A stretch of DNA of 64,000 nt, taken from assembly GCA_937900255.1 (NCBI GenBank), contig CALCDZ010000002.1, positions 73,655-137,654 on the forward strand, in the 5' to 3' direction. Position 1 is the first letter of the stretch, and every line of letters starts with the position of its first letter. The translations under genes and the position numbers were made by a program. Of the stretch, positions 29,853 through 39,983 are shown one piece after another. The notes beneath the pieces were generated by a model. The model searched no databases. It was not told the origin of the DNA and saw only the letters and a list, made by a program, of their open reading frames with translations. Source of the stretch: an uncultured bacterium (GTDB taxonomy: Bacteria; Patescibacteriota; Patescibacteriia; SG8-24; DYFX01).

Positions 29853-31622
29853 TCAGCCGCCGATCTCTTCCTGCAGCCTGAACCACTCCTTTTCGAGGCC
29901 GGAAAGTTCCTCTTCCAATTCGCTTAGGCGCGTCCGTTTGTCCGGCGCATATTCAGTCGGGTTCTCGAAGTACCAGGCCAGGATCTCGCTTTTTTCCCGG
30001 TCCAAGACCTTCATCCGCTCCTCCGTCTTTTGCTGCCGCCGCCGCTTCTCCTTGAGGACCTGGCGATCCTGGCGTTTCTTCTCCGTCTCGTCGGCGCGTC
30101 CGGTCGGCGCGTCGTCTTCCGCGTCGCGCACGTCTTCCTCGACGGACGCGGAAAGGTCGGCCAGGTATTCCTCGTAGGTGCCGGGATATTCCCGCACGTG
30201 CCCGTCTCGCGCTTCGAAGATGCGCGAAGCCACTTTCCGCACGAATGCCTGGCTGTGGCTCACGAAGACGACCGTGCCCCCGTATTCTGAGAGCGCATTC
30301 GCCAACGCTTCGGACGTTTCCGCGTCCAGATGGTTCGTCGGCTCGTCCAGGAGAAGGACGGTATGCTCGGCCAGGAGCAGTCCGGCCAGGCACAGCCGAG
30401 CGCGTTCTCCGCCCGAGAGCACTCCTGTCGGCTTGTCGAGGTCGTCATCCTTGAAGAGGAAGTCTCCGGCCATCTTGAGGAGATCTTCCCTGCGCGCGTC
30501 CGGCAGGGCCGAGCGTTCGAGGTGCCGCATGACCGTATCTTCCGGCTTGAGCGAGGCTTCGACATGCTGGGCGTAGTAGCCGATGTCGGCCTTGTGCCAC
30601 CATTTGAGCTTTCCGGCAAGCGCGGGAAGGGTTCCCGCCAGCGTGCGCAGCAAAGTGGTCTTGCCCATGCCGTTGCCTCCCAGGAGGGCCGCCCGATCGC
30701 CCCGCAGGAGATCGAAGCCGACGTCCGTAAGCACGGCGCGATCGGCATAGCCGACCGCCAGGTTTTCGACGCGCAGCGCCAGCCCGGGCGGCACGTGCGG
30801 CATCGGGATCCTGATCCTGGCCGTCGGCAACAGGCTCTCGACGTCGATTTGGACGATCTTGGAAAGCTGCTTGATGCGGGACTGCACCTGCTTGGCCTTG
30901 CTGGACTTGTAGCGGAAGCGGTCGACGAACTCCTGGATGTGCCCGCGTTCCCGTTGCAGTTTCTTGTTGGTCCGCAGGACGTGCGCCCGCGCTTCCGCTT
31001 TGCGCGCCAGGTACGCGTCGACGGGTCCGGCGTAGGACGCCAGGCGCCCGCGCTCGATCTCGACGGTGCGGTCCGCCACGGCGTTCAGGAAGCTGCGGTC
31101 ATGCGAGGTGACGATGAAGGCGCCCCGATATTTCTTGAGGAAGCGTTCAAGCAGGAGCAGGGTCGGCAAGTCCAGATAGTTGACGGGTTCGTCGAGCACC
31201 AGCAGGTTCGGATCCTGAAGCAACATGGCTACGAGACGCAGCCGCATCTGGAATCCGCCCGAGAGGGAAGCGGCCGTCGTTTCCAAGTGCCGCTTCCGAA
31301 GGCCGAACTGCGCGGACATCTTCGCGCAAGCCCAGCTCTCCCGTCCGCTCTTGCGCATCAGGAATCCCATGCCGGTCTCGGCGTCCGGAATCGTCTCGTG
31401 CTGGGCGACGGCCCCGATCCGCAGCGAGGAGAAGCGGCGGACGTCGCCGGTGTCGGCCTCGTCTTCGCCCAAGACGATCCGGATGAGCGTCGACTTCCCA
31501 GCCCCGTTGCGGCCGATGAGCGCGATCTTCTGCCCCTCCGCCACGGCCAAAGACACGCCGTCGAGGATGACGGCGCGGCCGAAGGATTTCCTGATGGCGG
31601 AGAGTTCGAGCAGGGTATGCAT
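29853..31622 (-). CDS. ABC-F family ATP-binding protein
   Basis: Two ABC domains (GRNGAGKST, LSGG, DEP; GGNGMGKTT, LSGGE, DEPTNHLD), no TM, C-terminal coiled coil. Confidence 0.93.
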   Translation of the reverse strand: MHTLLELSAIRKSFGRAVILDGVSLAVAEGQKIALIGRNGAGKSTLIRIVLGEDEADTGDVRRFSSLRIGAVAQHETIPDAETGMGFLMRKSGRESWACAKMSAQFGLRKRHLETTAASLSGGFQMRLRLVAMLLQDPNLLVLDEPVNYLDLPTLLLLERFLKKYRGAFIVTSHDRSFLNAVADRTVEIERGRLASYAGPVDAYLARKAEARAHVLRTNKKLQRERGHIQEFVDRFRYKSSKAKQVQSRIKQLSKIVQIDVESLLPTARIRIPMPHVPPGLALRVENLAVGYADRAVLTDVGFDLLRGDRAALLGGNGMGKTTLLRTLAGTLPALAGKLKWWHKADIGYYAQHVEASLKPEDTVMRHLERSALPDARREDLLKMAGDFLFKDDDLDKPTGVLSGGERARLCLAGLLLAEHTVLLLDEPTNHLDAETSEALANALSEYGGTVVFVSHSQAFVRKVASRIFEARDGHVREYPGTYEEYLADLSASVEEDVRDAEDDAPTGRADETEKKRQDRQVLKEKRRRQQKTEERMKVLDREKSEILAWYFENPTEYAPDKRTRLSELEEELSGLEKEWFRLQEEIGG

Positions 31623-31775
31623 GCTGAATCAAGCTACCGCCTTTCTACACGCGCAGCAAGCGGACTTCTCCGCATGTGAAACAGCGCTCCTCGTGCGCAC
31701 CGGTACCGGTCCTCTGGCCACCGTCGCCTGAAGGCATTATGCTGTACGCGCCGCGTCGGCGGGGCGCAGAGCGCG

Positions 31776-31784
31776 TTATCCACA
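31776..31784 (+). promoter_or_regulatory. DnaA box upstream of nrdB
   Basis: Perfect TTATCCACA. Confidence 0.6.
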
Positions 31785-31799
31785 AGACAAGACTCGAAA

Positions 31800-31848
31800 C
31801 CACTATGAGTAGTGGTATAGTGATGCCGCATGACACAAGATGTTGTGA
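31800..31848 (+). promoter_or_regulatory. tandem NrdR boxes flanking an extended -10
   Basis: CCACTATGAGTAGTGG (31800-31815) and ACACAAGATGTTGTGA (31833-31848) vs consensus acaCwAtATaTwGtg; TGGTATAGT at 31813-31821. Confidence 0.8.
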
Positions 31849-31888
31849 AATGCGGTCCCTGCCGCTCAGGAGGAAATAGATTTGATTT

Positions 31889-32842
31889 ATGGCCACGCCA
31901 CGCATCTTGACCCCGAGGAAGTTTTACCGCCCGTTCGAGTACCCGCATTTCTTCGAATATTTCCAGAAGCAGAACCAGGCGCATTGGATGCCCACCGAAG
32001 TCCCGATGGAGGCCGACATCGCCGACTACCGCTTCCGCCTCTCGGAGCAGGAGAAGAACCTCATCATCCAGATCCTGCGCTTCTTCACCCAGGGCGACAT
32101 CGAAGTCAACAACAACTACAACACGCGGCTCATCCCGGCCATCCCGAAGCCGGAGATCCGCATGATGCTCTCGGCTTTCGCGGCGATGGAATCGGTACAT
32201 GTCTGGGCTTACGCCTACCTGAACGATTCGCTCGGCCTGCCGGAGAAGGAGTACTCGGCCTTCCTCGATTACGAGTCGATGCGCAACAAGTACCAGTACC
32301 TCCAGAACTTCGAGACCGACAATCTCGAGAACCTCGCGCTCAACATGGCGGTCTTCGGAGCCTTCATGGAGGGCGTCAGCCTGTTCTCGAGCTTCGCCAT
32401 CCTGATGAACTTCCCGCGGATGGGCAAGCTGAAAGGCGTCGGACAGATCGTCACCTGGAGCATCCGCGACGAGAGCCTGCACAGCCGCGGCGTCTGCCAC
32501 CTCTTCCGCGACCTGATCGCCGAGAATCAGCACATCTGGACGGAAGCGTTTCAGGCGAAGCTGTACCAGGCCTGCGAAGACATGGTCGGCCTCGAAGACC
32601 GTTTCATTGACACTTGCTTCTCGATGGGTGACGTCCCGGGGCTCACTGCCGACCAGGTCAAGGCCTACATCCGCTATACGGCCGACAGGAAGCTGCAGGA
32701 GATCGGTCTTGAGCCGAGATATCGGACGGCCAATCCGTTGCTTTGGCTCGATACGATGGTCAACGCCAAGGAACACGCCAACTTCTTCGAGAGCCGTGCC
32801 ACCGAATACTCCAAGGGGTCCGTGGTCGAAGACTGGGCGTAA
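31889..32842 (+). CDS. nrdB: class I ribonucleotide reductase beta subunit
   Basis: W.PTEV, FFTQGD, ESVH..AY (radical Tyr), EGVSLFSSF, RDESLH, NFFE.RATEY. Confidence 0.95.
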   Translation: MATPRILTPRKFYRPFEYPHFFEYFQKQNQAHWMPTEVPMEADIADYRFRLSEQEKNLIIQILRFFTQGDIEVNNNYNTRLIPAIPKPEIRMMLSAFAAMESVHVWAYAYLNDSLGLPEKEYSAFLDYESMRNKYQYLQNFETDNLENLALNMAVFGAFMEGVSLFSSFAILMNFPRMGKLKGVGQIVTWSIRDESLHSRGVCHLFRDLIAENQHIWTEAFQAKLYQACEDMVGLEDRFIDTCFSMGDVPGLTADQVKAYIRYTADRKLQEIGLEPRYRTANPLLWLDTMVNAKEHANFFESRATEYSKGSVVEDWA

Positions 32843-32871
32843 GATGCGGGACGACACCTTACGAAATAATC

Positions 32872-34797
32872 ATGACCCGTATGGGCAGCTACGCCTCCGT
32901 CATCGACGCGCTTTCGAATAACGACCTCCTGGGCGCGCGCGACTTGCTCTTGGAAGAGATCCTGGCGAAGACGGCGGGCAAGCAGAGCTGGGATTGCCCG
33001 CACTACGTGACGGACGTCGAGGTCCAGAAGAGCATCGCGCTCGTTCCGGAGCGCAACCGGTTGATTTCCTATTTCGGTCTCGAAAACCTCCGCGACCGCT
33101 ATCTTCTCCGCGACGCCAGCGGACAGATCTGCGAGGACCCGCAGTCGTTCTTCGCGCGCGTCGCCACCGGCATGGCGCGCGGCGACCGCGAGCTGGCGCA
33201 GCAGCTCTACACCTACATGAGCAAGCAGTGGTTCATCCCCGGAACCCCGGTCTTGATGAACATCGGCACCAATAAGGGGCTGCCGATCTCCTGCTTCCTG
33301 AACACCGTCCCTGACACCCTGGAAGGCATCTTCGACATCTACCGCGAGAACGCCTTCCTCGCGAAATACGGCGGCGGCATCGGCACCGACTGGTCGCAGT
33401 TGCGCGGCCAGAACTCTCCCTTGCAGAGCAGCGGCCTGCGTTCTTCCGGCGTCATCCCGTTCCTCAAGATCATGGACTCCGAGACGATCGCCGTCTCCCG
33501 CAACAGCACGCGCCGCGGCGCCGCGGCCGCCTACCTGCGCATCGATCATCCGGACATCGAGGACTTCATGGAGACCCGCAAGCCCACCGGCGGCGACATG
33601 GACCGCAAGTGCCTCAATATCAACAACGGCGTGGTCATCACCGACGAGTTCATGAAAGCCGTCGAGGAGAACCGCACCTATCAGCTGATCGACCCGCACT
33701 ACAAGACCGTCGTCAGGGAACTTTCGGCGGTCGACGTCTGGCGCAAACTGCTCAAGATCCGCGCCGAGACGGGGGAGCCGTATCTCCTGTTCATCGACAC
33801 CGTCAACAAGGCCGTCCCGCCGCATCATCGCGAGAAGGGCTTGTTCGTGCGTCAGAGCAACCTGTGCACCGAAATCGTCCTTCCTACGAACGATGAACGC
33901 ACCGCCGTCTGCTGCCTTGGCAACCTGAACATCGAGCGCTATGACGACTGGAAGGACGAGATCGACGCGTTGACCTACGCCTGCGTCAAGGCGCTCGACA
34001 ACAACCTCGATACCTTCTGCGAACAGGCCCACCCGGTCGAGTTCCGGAAGGCCATCAATTCGGTCAAGCACGAGCGTTCGATCGGCCTGGGCGTCATGGG
34101 GTACCACAGCTATCTCATGGCCAAGATGTATCCGATGGAGAGCTTGCCGGCCCGCCAGTTCAACAAGGCGCTCTTCAAGCGCATCCACGACAGCGCGGAC
34201 GCCGCTTCGACGCGGCTGGGACAGGAGCGCGGGCTTCCCCTCGACGGCGGGACGAGGCGCAACAGCTACGTGACGTCCATCCAACCGACCGCTTCGACCG
34301 CCTTCATCTGCGGCGAGGCGACGCCTTGCATCGAACCGATCTCCGGCAACGCCTACCTGCAGAAGACGCTCTCGGGCAGCTTCCTCGTGAAGAACAAATA
34401 CCTTGAACAGCTTTTCGAAAAGAAAGGAATCAACACCACCGAGACCTGGAAGAAGGTCATCGCCGCCAAGGGCAGCGTCCAGCACCTGGAGGAACTGACC
34501 GAAGAGGAGAAAGCCGTCTTCCGTACCGGATACGAGATGAACATGCGAGAGATCGTCCAGCAGGCCGCCGACCGCCAGCCGTACATCGACCAGTCGCAGT
34601 CGGTCAACCTGTTCTTCTCCACGCCGCTCAGCGGCAAGTACCTGCATGACGTGCATTTCATGGCCTGGAAAGCCGGCATGAAGAGCCTCTACTACCTGCG
34701 CTCGGCCGCCCCGATCGAGGCTGACGCCATCGACGGTGCGCAGGCCAAGGTCCAGCAGCGCGACTTCGCCAATGAGGAGTGCGCGGTCTGCCAATGA
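32872..34797 (+). CDS. nrdA: class I ribonucleotide reductase alpha subunit (no ATP cone)
   Basis: PISCF, SNLCTEI, CCLG, QPTAS, DQSQS, KSLYY, C-terminal CAVC. Confidence 0.95.
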   Translation: MTRMGSYASVIDALSNNDLLGARDLLLEEILAKTAGKQSWDCPHYVTDVEVQKSIALVPERNRLISYFGLENLRDRYLLRDASGQICEDPQSFFARVATGMARGDRELAQQLYTYMSKQWFIPGTPVLMNIGTNKGLPISCFLNTVPDTLEGIFDIYRENAFLAKYGGGIGTDWSQLRGQNSPLQSSGLRSSGVIPFLKIMDSETIAVSRNSTRRGAAAAYLRIDHPDIEDFMETRKPTGGDMDRKCLNINNGVVITDEFMKAVEENRTYQLIDPHYKTVVRELSAVDVWRKLLKIRAETGEPYLLFIDTVNKAVPPHHREKGLFVRQSNLCTEIVLPTNDERTAVCCLGNLNIERYDDWKDEIDALTYACVKALDNNLDTFCEQAHPVEFRKAINSVKHERSIGLGVMGYHSYLMAKMYPMESLPARQFNKALFKRIHDSADAASTRLGQERGLPLDGGTRRNSYVTSIQPTASTAFICGEATPCIEPISGNAYLQKTLSGSFLVKNKYLEQLFEKKGINTTETWKKVIAAKGSVQHLEELTEEEKAVFRTGYEMNMREIVQQAADRQPYIDQSQSVNLFFSTPLSGKYLHDVHFMAWKAGMKSLYYLRSAAPIEADAIDGAQAKVQQRDFANEECAVCQ

Positions 34798-34816
34798 AGG
34801 AACGCGCTCCGGCATC

Positions 34817-35380
34817 ATGCCGGGGCGTTTTTCGGTTACCGTACCGTTCGTCGCTGAGCTGCGCGTGCATCCGCGCGCCGTCCGCCCCGGCATACGGGTG
34901 CATCCGGGCGGACGGGTCGTCGTGACCGCGCCTCCCGGAACGGCGTGGTCTTCGGTCCAGGATTTCATGTCGCGGTATCGCGTCTGGGTGGAGCGGGCGC
35001 GTGAAAGGTTGTCGTCCCTTCCTCCGGAACGCGGACGGGCGGAAGCCCGGAGGGATTTCGCTCTCCATAAGGAGTCGGCCCGGCGTCTGGCGTACGCCAA
35101 AATCGGGCGATTCGCGCCACTTTACGGCGTCTCGGTCAGCGCCGTCTCCATCCGCGACCAGAAGACGCGCTGGGGGAGCTGCTCGCGCGGCGGCCGGCTG
35201 TCTTTCAATTACCGCATCGCGCTTTTGCCGGAGCCGCTGGCCGACTACGTCGTGGTCCATGAGCTTTGCCATCTTCTCGCGTTCGATCATTCCCCGAGGT
35301 TCTGGGCGCTCGTGGCGCGTACCGTGCCCGAGTACAAGCGTCTCAGAGGCGATCTCCGACGCCATCGCCTCGGCGGTTGA
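34817..35380 (+). CDS. YgjP/M48-like metallopeptidase domain protein (DUF45)
   Basis: QKTRWGSCS, DYVVVHELCHL...HSPRFW. Confidence 0.88.
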   Translation: MPGRFSVTVPFVAELRVHPRAVRPGIRVHPGGRVVVTAPPGTAWSSVQDFMSRYRVWVERARERLSSLPPERGRAEARRDFALHKESARRLAYAKIGRFAPLYGVSVSAVSIRDQKTRWGSCSRGGRLSFNYRIALLPEPLADYVVVHELCHLLAFDHSPRFWALVARTVPEYKRLRGDLRRHRLGG

Positions 35381-35440
35381 CGTCCTGGGACTGTGAAGCC
35401 GGACACGGGCATGATATGATGAAGCCACTAACCGCCTACA

Positions 35441-36412
35441 ATGAAAAACATCCTCGAATATCTGCGGACGCAGCCTAAGAAAGTCGGCATCGCCGTCCTG
35501 CTTCTCCTGTGCCTCGGAGCGGCAGCCTGGAAGATCTCCGATGTCAGGAAATCCGATGCCAGTCAGCTTGGCGTCAGCAAGTCGATGGCGAACATCGGCA
35601 CTGAGTCGGTCGCGCCCGGTTACATCGGACGCGTGGGGGCCCCGGCCCAGGTGCCCGTCGATTACGTCGGTACGCTGCCCGTACCTTCGCCTCAGACGGC
35701 GGGGAAGACCGCCGCGGATGTCGATCAGAAGATCGTCAAGAACGGTTACTTGCAGCTGGTCGTCGACAAGGTTTCGGTCGCCGCCGAACAGGCCGGACGG
35801 ATCGCCACATCGCGCGGCGGGTTCGTGCAGAGCTCGACCGTGACCGAGCGCGGCGACGGCTCCCACAGCGGGGACGTCAGCGTGCGCGTCCCGGTCGCGA
35901 AGTTCGAAGAGGCGATGTCGGAACTCAAGAAGCTCTCGACGCTCGTGAAGACCGAGACCGCGACGGGCCAGGACGTCACCGAACAGTACACCGACCTGCA
36001 GGCTCAGCTGCGTAACGCGCGGGCCCAGGAAGACACGTATCTGTCCATCCTCAAGCAAGCCAAGACCGTCGCGGATACGCTCCAGGTCCAGCAGCAGATC
36101 GGCGCCATCCGGGGGACGATCGAGTCCTTGGAAGGCCGCATCCAATACCTGGCCAACACCACTTCGCTTTCGACCATCAGCGTTTCTTTGGAGGAGGAAC
36201 CGTTGGTCCGCGCCCCGACCCGAGGTTTCCGCCCATTGGTCATCGTCAAGGAGGCCGTCCAGACGCTGGTCGCCGCGTTCCAAGGCATCTTGGCCGGTCT
36301 CATCTGGATCGTCATCGTTTGGGGCGGCATCCTGATCCTGCCGATCTTGATCATCTGGCTGGTCCTGAAGCTTCGGAAGCGGAATCGCGCGCCCGTGACG
36401 GAAAAGCGGTAG
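35441..36412 (+). CDS. DUF4349 domain protein
   Basis: KIVKNG.L.L.V, VRVP, DVTEQYTDLQA, IESLEG, C-terminal TM. Confidence 0.88.
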   Translation: MKNILEYLRTQPKKVGIAVLLLLCLGAAAWKISDVRKSDASQLGVSKSMANIGTESVAPGYIGRVGAPAQVPVDYVGTLPVPSPQTAGKTAADVDQKIVKNGYLQLVVDKVSVAAEQAGRIATSRGGFVQSSTVTERGDGSHSGDVSVRVPVAKFEEAMSELKKLSTLVKTETATGQDVTEQYTDLQAQLRNARAQEDTYLSILKQAKTVADTLQVQQQIGAIRGTIESLEGRIQYLANTTSLSTISVSLEEEPLVRAPTRGFRPLVIVKEAVQTLVAAFQGILAGLIWIVIVWGGILILPILIIWLVLKLRKRNRAPVTEKR

Positions 36413-36423
36413 CGTCATCCTTC

Positions 36424-36460
36424 AAAAGAGGGTTTCCGGCGGAACCGGGACCCTCTTTTC
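36424..36460. terminator. intrinsic terminator hairpin
   Basis: aaaagagggt..ccgg...ccgggaccctctttt. Confidence 0.7.
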
Positions 36461-36513
36461 CTCTTGAATCTTTACATTTCGCTCGATTTCCGCTACGCTT
36501 CCCGCACCACAAT

Positions 36514-37701
36514 ATGTATCCGACCCTCACCCTTAAAACCGGAAAGGAAGCCAACATCGCCTTCCGTCACCCATGGATCTTTTCCGGGGCGTTCGAGCAC
36601 GTGCCGGAAGATATCGGACACGGCTCGCTCGTCCGGGTGGCGGATAAGCACGGGAAGATCCTGGCGACCGGCACGTTCTCGTCCAAGTCCTCGATCGCCG
36701 TGAGGGCGTTCGCTTTCGGCGAAGCGACGATCGACCGCGAATGGCTGACCAAAGGCATCGCCGAAGCGGGCGAGCGGCGGGCGCTCATGGGCTATGGCCC
36801 CAAGACCGACACGACCGGCTACCGCGTCGTCTTCGGTGAGGCCGATAACCTGCCTGGATTGGTGATCGACCGTTTCGGTGATACGGTCGTCTTCCAGATC
36901 TCGACCGCCGGACTCGACGCCATGCGTGACGACGTCATCGCCGCCATCAAGAAGGTGCTGCGCCCGGAGTGCCTGATCGAGCGCAGTGACATGCCTGTCC
37001 GCGCCGAGGAGGGCCTCAAGGATGTCGTGAAGGTCCATGTCGGAACGGCTGACGAACTCGTTCCGTTCACCGAGCGGGGCGTGAAGTTCCTGGCCGATCC
37101 GGTCAAGGGTCAGAAGACCGGCTTCTTCCTCGATCAAAAAGACGCCCGTGCCGCGCTCGCCGGGTTGGCTGAGGGCAGGAACGTCCTGAATCTCTTCTCC
37201 TACTCGGGCGCCGCTGGCGTCGCCATGATGCTCGGAGGCGCCAGATCCGTGCATAACGTCGACGCGTCGGCTGACGCGCTCGATCTCTGCCGCAAGCACG
37301 CCGAGCTGCATGATCTCTCCGTTAAGAAGTTCACGGTCGAGGAGGCCGACATCTTCCAGTGGCTCGGCGCCGGGCAGGAGAAGAAGTACGACATGGTCGT
37401 GATGGATCCGCCCGCGCTCATCAAGACGATGAAGGAAGCGGAAGAGGGACGCAAGGCCTATCACTTCCTGAACCGCGCCGCCATGCGGCTGGTCGAGGAT
37501 GGAGGCATTTTCGTCACTTCCAGCTGTTCGCACTTCCTGACGGAAGACGATCTGGCCTATACGTTGCGCCGTGCCGCCGTGCAGGCCGGTCTCAAGCTCG
37601 ACGTGATCGCCGCCGTCCGGCAGAGTCCGGACCATCCGTCGTCGGTCTATTTCCCGGAGTCCAGCTATCTCAAGACGTACGTCTTCCAGGTCCGCCGATA
37701 A
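36514..37701 (+). CDS. rlmI: RlmI/RlmK-type SAM-dependent rRNA m5C methyltransferase
   Basis: HPWIFSG PUA domain, EADNLPGL.IDRF, GQKTGFFLDQ, DPP, TSSCS, YLK. Confidence 0.88.
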   Translation: MYPTLTLKTGKEANIAFRHPWIFSGAFEHVPEDIGHGSLVRVADKHGKILATGTFSSKSSIAVRAFAFGEATIDREWLTKGIAEAGERRALMGYGPKTDTTGYRVVFGEADNLPGLVIDRFGDTVVFQISTAGLDAMRDDVIAAIKKVLRPECLIERSDMPVRAEEGLKDVVKVHVGTADELVPFTERGVKFLADPVKGQKTGFFLDQKDARAALAGLAEGRNVLNLFSYSGAAGVAMMLGGARSVHNVDASADALDLCRKHAELHDLSVKKFTVEEADIFQWLGAGQEKKYDMVVMDPPALIKTMKEAEEGRKAYHFLNRAAMRLVEDGGIFVTSSCSHFLTEDDLAYTLRRAAVQAGLKLDVIAAVRQSPDHPSSVYFPESSYLKTYVFQVRR

Positions 37702-37714
37702 ACCCCTCCCCCCT

Positions 37715-38188
37715 ATGCCTGCACCGCGCGTCGGGACCGAAGCCCCGGCTTTCAACCTTCCGGACCAGGAAGGCAAGATGCACGCTCTCAAGGACTATGC
37801 GGGCCGGTGGGTACTGCTGTATTTCTATCCCAAGGACGACACGCCCGGCTGTACCGTCGAGGCCTGCGCGCTCCGGGACAATTTCCCGAAGTTCAAGAAG
37901 CTGAAAGCCGCCGTGCTTGGCGTCAGCGTCGACCCGGTCAAGAGGCACGCCAAGTTCGCGGAAAAATACGAGCTGCCCTTCATCCTGCTTTCCGACGAGG
38001 GGAAGACGCTGGTGAACGCCTACGGCGTCTGGGCCAAGAAGAAATTCATGGGTCGGGAATACATGGGCATCCTCCGCTGGTCCTTCCTCATCAATCCTGA
38101 AGGCAAGATCGCCAAGATCTATGAAGACGTCAAACCGGCCGGGCATGCGGAAGAAGTCCTCAAGGACCTCGAAGTTTTCAGGGCTTGA
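37715..38188 (+). CDS. bcp: thioredoxin-dependent thiol peroxidase Bcp
   Basis: YFYPKDDTPGCTVEAC. Confidence 0.95.
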   Translation: MPAPRVGTEAPAFNLPDQEGKMHALKDYAGRWVLLYFYPKDDTPGCTVEACALRDNFPKFKKLKAAVLGVSVDPVKRHAKFAEKYELPFILLSDEGKTLVNAYGVWAKKKFMGREYMGILRWSFLINPEGKIAKIYEDVKPAGHAEEVLKDLEVFRA

Positions 38189-38444
38189 GACGCCTTTCGC
38201 GCAGAGGGTCTACGCCGTCGTCGCCAAGATCCCGCGCGGGCAGACGCGCACGTACGGGGAGGTCGCCAAGGCTGCCGGACGGCCGGGAGCGGCGCGCGCG
38301 GTCGGTACGATCATGGCGCATAATCTCGATACCAAGCGCGTGCCATGCCACCGGGTCATCCGGGCGGACGGCAAGGTAGGGGAGTACGCTTTCGGCGGCC
38401 CCACGAAGAAGTCGGCGCTCTTGAAGAAAGAAGGGGCTCTCTAG
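38145..38444 (+). CDS. MGMT family O6-alkylguanine DNA-binding/methyltransferase protein (start uncertain)
   Basis: IPRGQTRTYGEVA, ARAVG, PCHRV. Confidence 0.88.
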   Translation: MRKKSSRTSKFSGLETPFAQRVYAVVAKIPRGQTRTYGEVAKAAGRPGAARAVGTIMAHNLDTKRVPCHRVIRADGKVGEYAFGGPTKKSALLKKEGAL

Positions 38445-38445
38445 C

Positions 38446-39936
38446 ATGCGCATCCTTCGATCCATCGCGCTTCCACAGGAAGTCGCTGCCGATATCCTGG
38501 TCGTCGGCGTCTTTGAGGGTTCCGAGATCACGCCAGTTTCGCGCCTGGATGCCGCGCTCGGCGGGCATCTTTCGGAGCACGTGCGGGAAGAGGCTTTCAA
38601 GGCGGAAACCGGCGCGACGATCGTCATCCATACGCATGGCAAGCTGCCGTACCGCAAGCTGGCGCTGCTCGGCCTCGGTGCCCGCAAGGGTTTCGACGTC
38701 AGCCGGCTCCGTAGCGCCGCTGCGGGGGCAGTGAAGATGGCGGAAGCCTCCAAAGCCAAGGCCCTCGCGCTCTGGATCCCGCTCGAACGTTCCGGGGCGA
38801 AGATCGGCGAGGCCCTACAGGCCGCGGCCGAAGGTCTCTTGCTCGGCGGCTATCGGTACGACGCCTACAAGGGAGAGAAGAAAGCCAAGACGCTGGAGAC
38901 GGCGACCGTGCTGGTCGCGACGAACGTGAACGCCAAGGCCTTCGAGAAGGCGGTGGCGGACGCGGAAGCTTTCGCGGGCGCCTCGATGTACGCGCGCCAT
39001 CTCGTGAACACGCCGGCCCTCGACATGCATCCGGCCACGTTCGTCCAGGAGGCCTTGGCGCTCGCGGTCGGACAGAAGCGGATGTCGATCAAGATTTACG
39101 GGCGCAAGGAGCTTCAGGACATGGGTTGCGGAGGCATCCTGGCCGTAGCGCAAGGGTCCGCTCATGAGCCGAAGATGATTCACTTGGCGTACAAGCCGCC
39201 GAACGCCAGGAAGCGCGTCGTCCTGGTCGGCAAGGGCGTGACGTTCGATTCCGGCGGCCTTTCCATCAAACCGGCCGACGGCATGATGGATATGAAGATC
39301 GACATGGCCGGTGCCGCCGCCGTGCTGGGCGTCTTCCGCGCGCTCGCGACGCTCAAGCTCCAGATCGAAGTCCATGGCGTCATGGCGATGGTCGAGAACA
39401 TGCCTTCCGGCACCGCCATCCGACCCGGCGACATCGTGAAGACCATGTCCGGCAAGACGATCGAGATCCTGAACACCGATGCCGAAGGCCGCGTGACCTT
39501 GGCCGACGCGCTCTTTTACGGCGCGGAACTCAAGCCTGACCTGATGATCGATCTCGCCACCCTGACCGGCGCCGCCATCATCGCGCTCGGTCACGATATC
39601 GGCGCCTTGCTGTCCGACGACGACAGGCTCGCCGTCCGCTTGGAGCAGGCCGCCGCAGTCTCGGGCGAATCGGTCTGGAGGTTGCCGCTTTACGCGCCCT
39701 ACGCCGAACAGGTAAAGGGCCGTCACGCTGACTTCAAGAACATCGGCGGCAAAGGCGGGCCGGGCACCATCACCGCCGGGCTTTTCCTCAAGGAATTCAT
39801 CGGGGAGACGGCCTCTTGGGCTCACCTGGACATCGCGGGTCCTGCTTACAACGAGAAGGAATATCAGGACGAAAGATCATGGGGCGCGAGCGGGTATGGA
39901 GCGAGGTTGTTGTTGGAGTTTTTGAGGAAGTTGTGA
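38446..39936 (+). CDS. pepA: leucyl aminopeptidase (M17)
   Basis: GKGVTFDSGG.SIK, MKIDMAG, NTDAEGR, DLATLTG, WAHLDIAG. Confidence 0.95.
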   Translation: MRILRSIALPQEVAADILVVGVFEGSEITPVSRLDAALGGHLSEHVREEAFKAETGATIVIHTHGKLPYRKLALLGLGARKGFDVSRLRSAAAGAVKMAEASKAKALALWIPLERSGAKIGEALQAAAEGLLLGGYRYDAYKGEKKAKTLETATVLVATNVNAKAFEKAVADAEAFAGASMYARHLVNTPALDMHPATFVQEALALAVGQKRMSIKIYGRKELQDMGCGGILAVAQGSAHEPKMIHLAYKPPNARKRVVLVGKGVTFDSGGLSIKPADGMMDMKIDMAGAAAVLGVFRALATLKLQIEVHGVMAMVENMPSGTAIRPGDIVKTMSGKTIEILNTDAEGRVTLADALFYGAELKPDLMIDLATLTGAAIIALGHDIGALLSDDDRLAVRLEQAAAVSGESVWRLPLYAPYAEQVKGRHADFKNIGGKGGPGTITAGLFLKEFIGETASWAHLDIAGPAYNEKEYQDERSWGASGYGARLLLEFLRKL

Positions 39937-39983
39937 GACGGCGAATATCCTCTTCCGAATAGAAAAAAACACCCTTTCGGATG

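Noticed and set aside
32674-35100. 808-aa minus-strand ORF
   Set aside because: Antisense shadow of nrdA caused by high GC3; no motifs. The same applies to 3201-5048, 20987-22681, 49402-51624, 51161-52972, 58705-61083 and 60960-63014.
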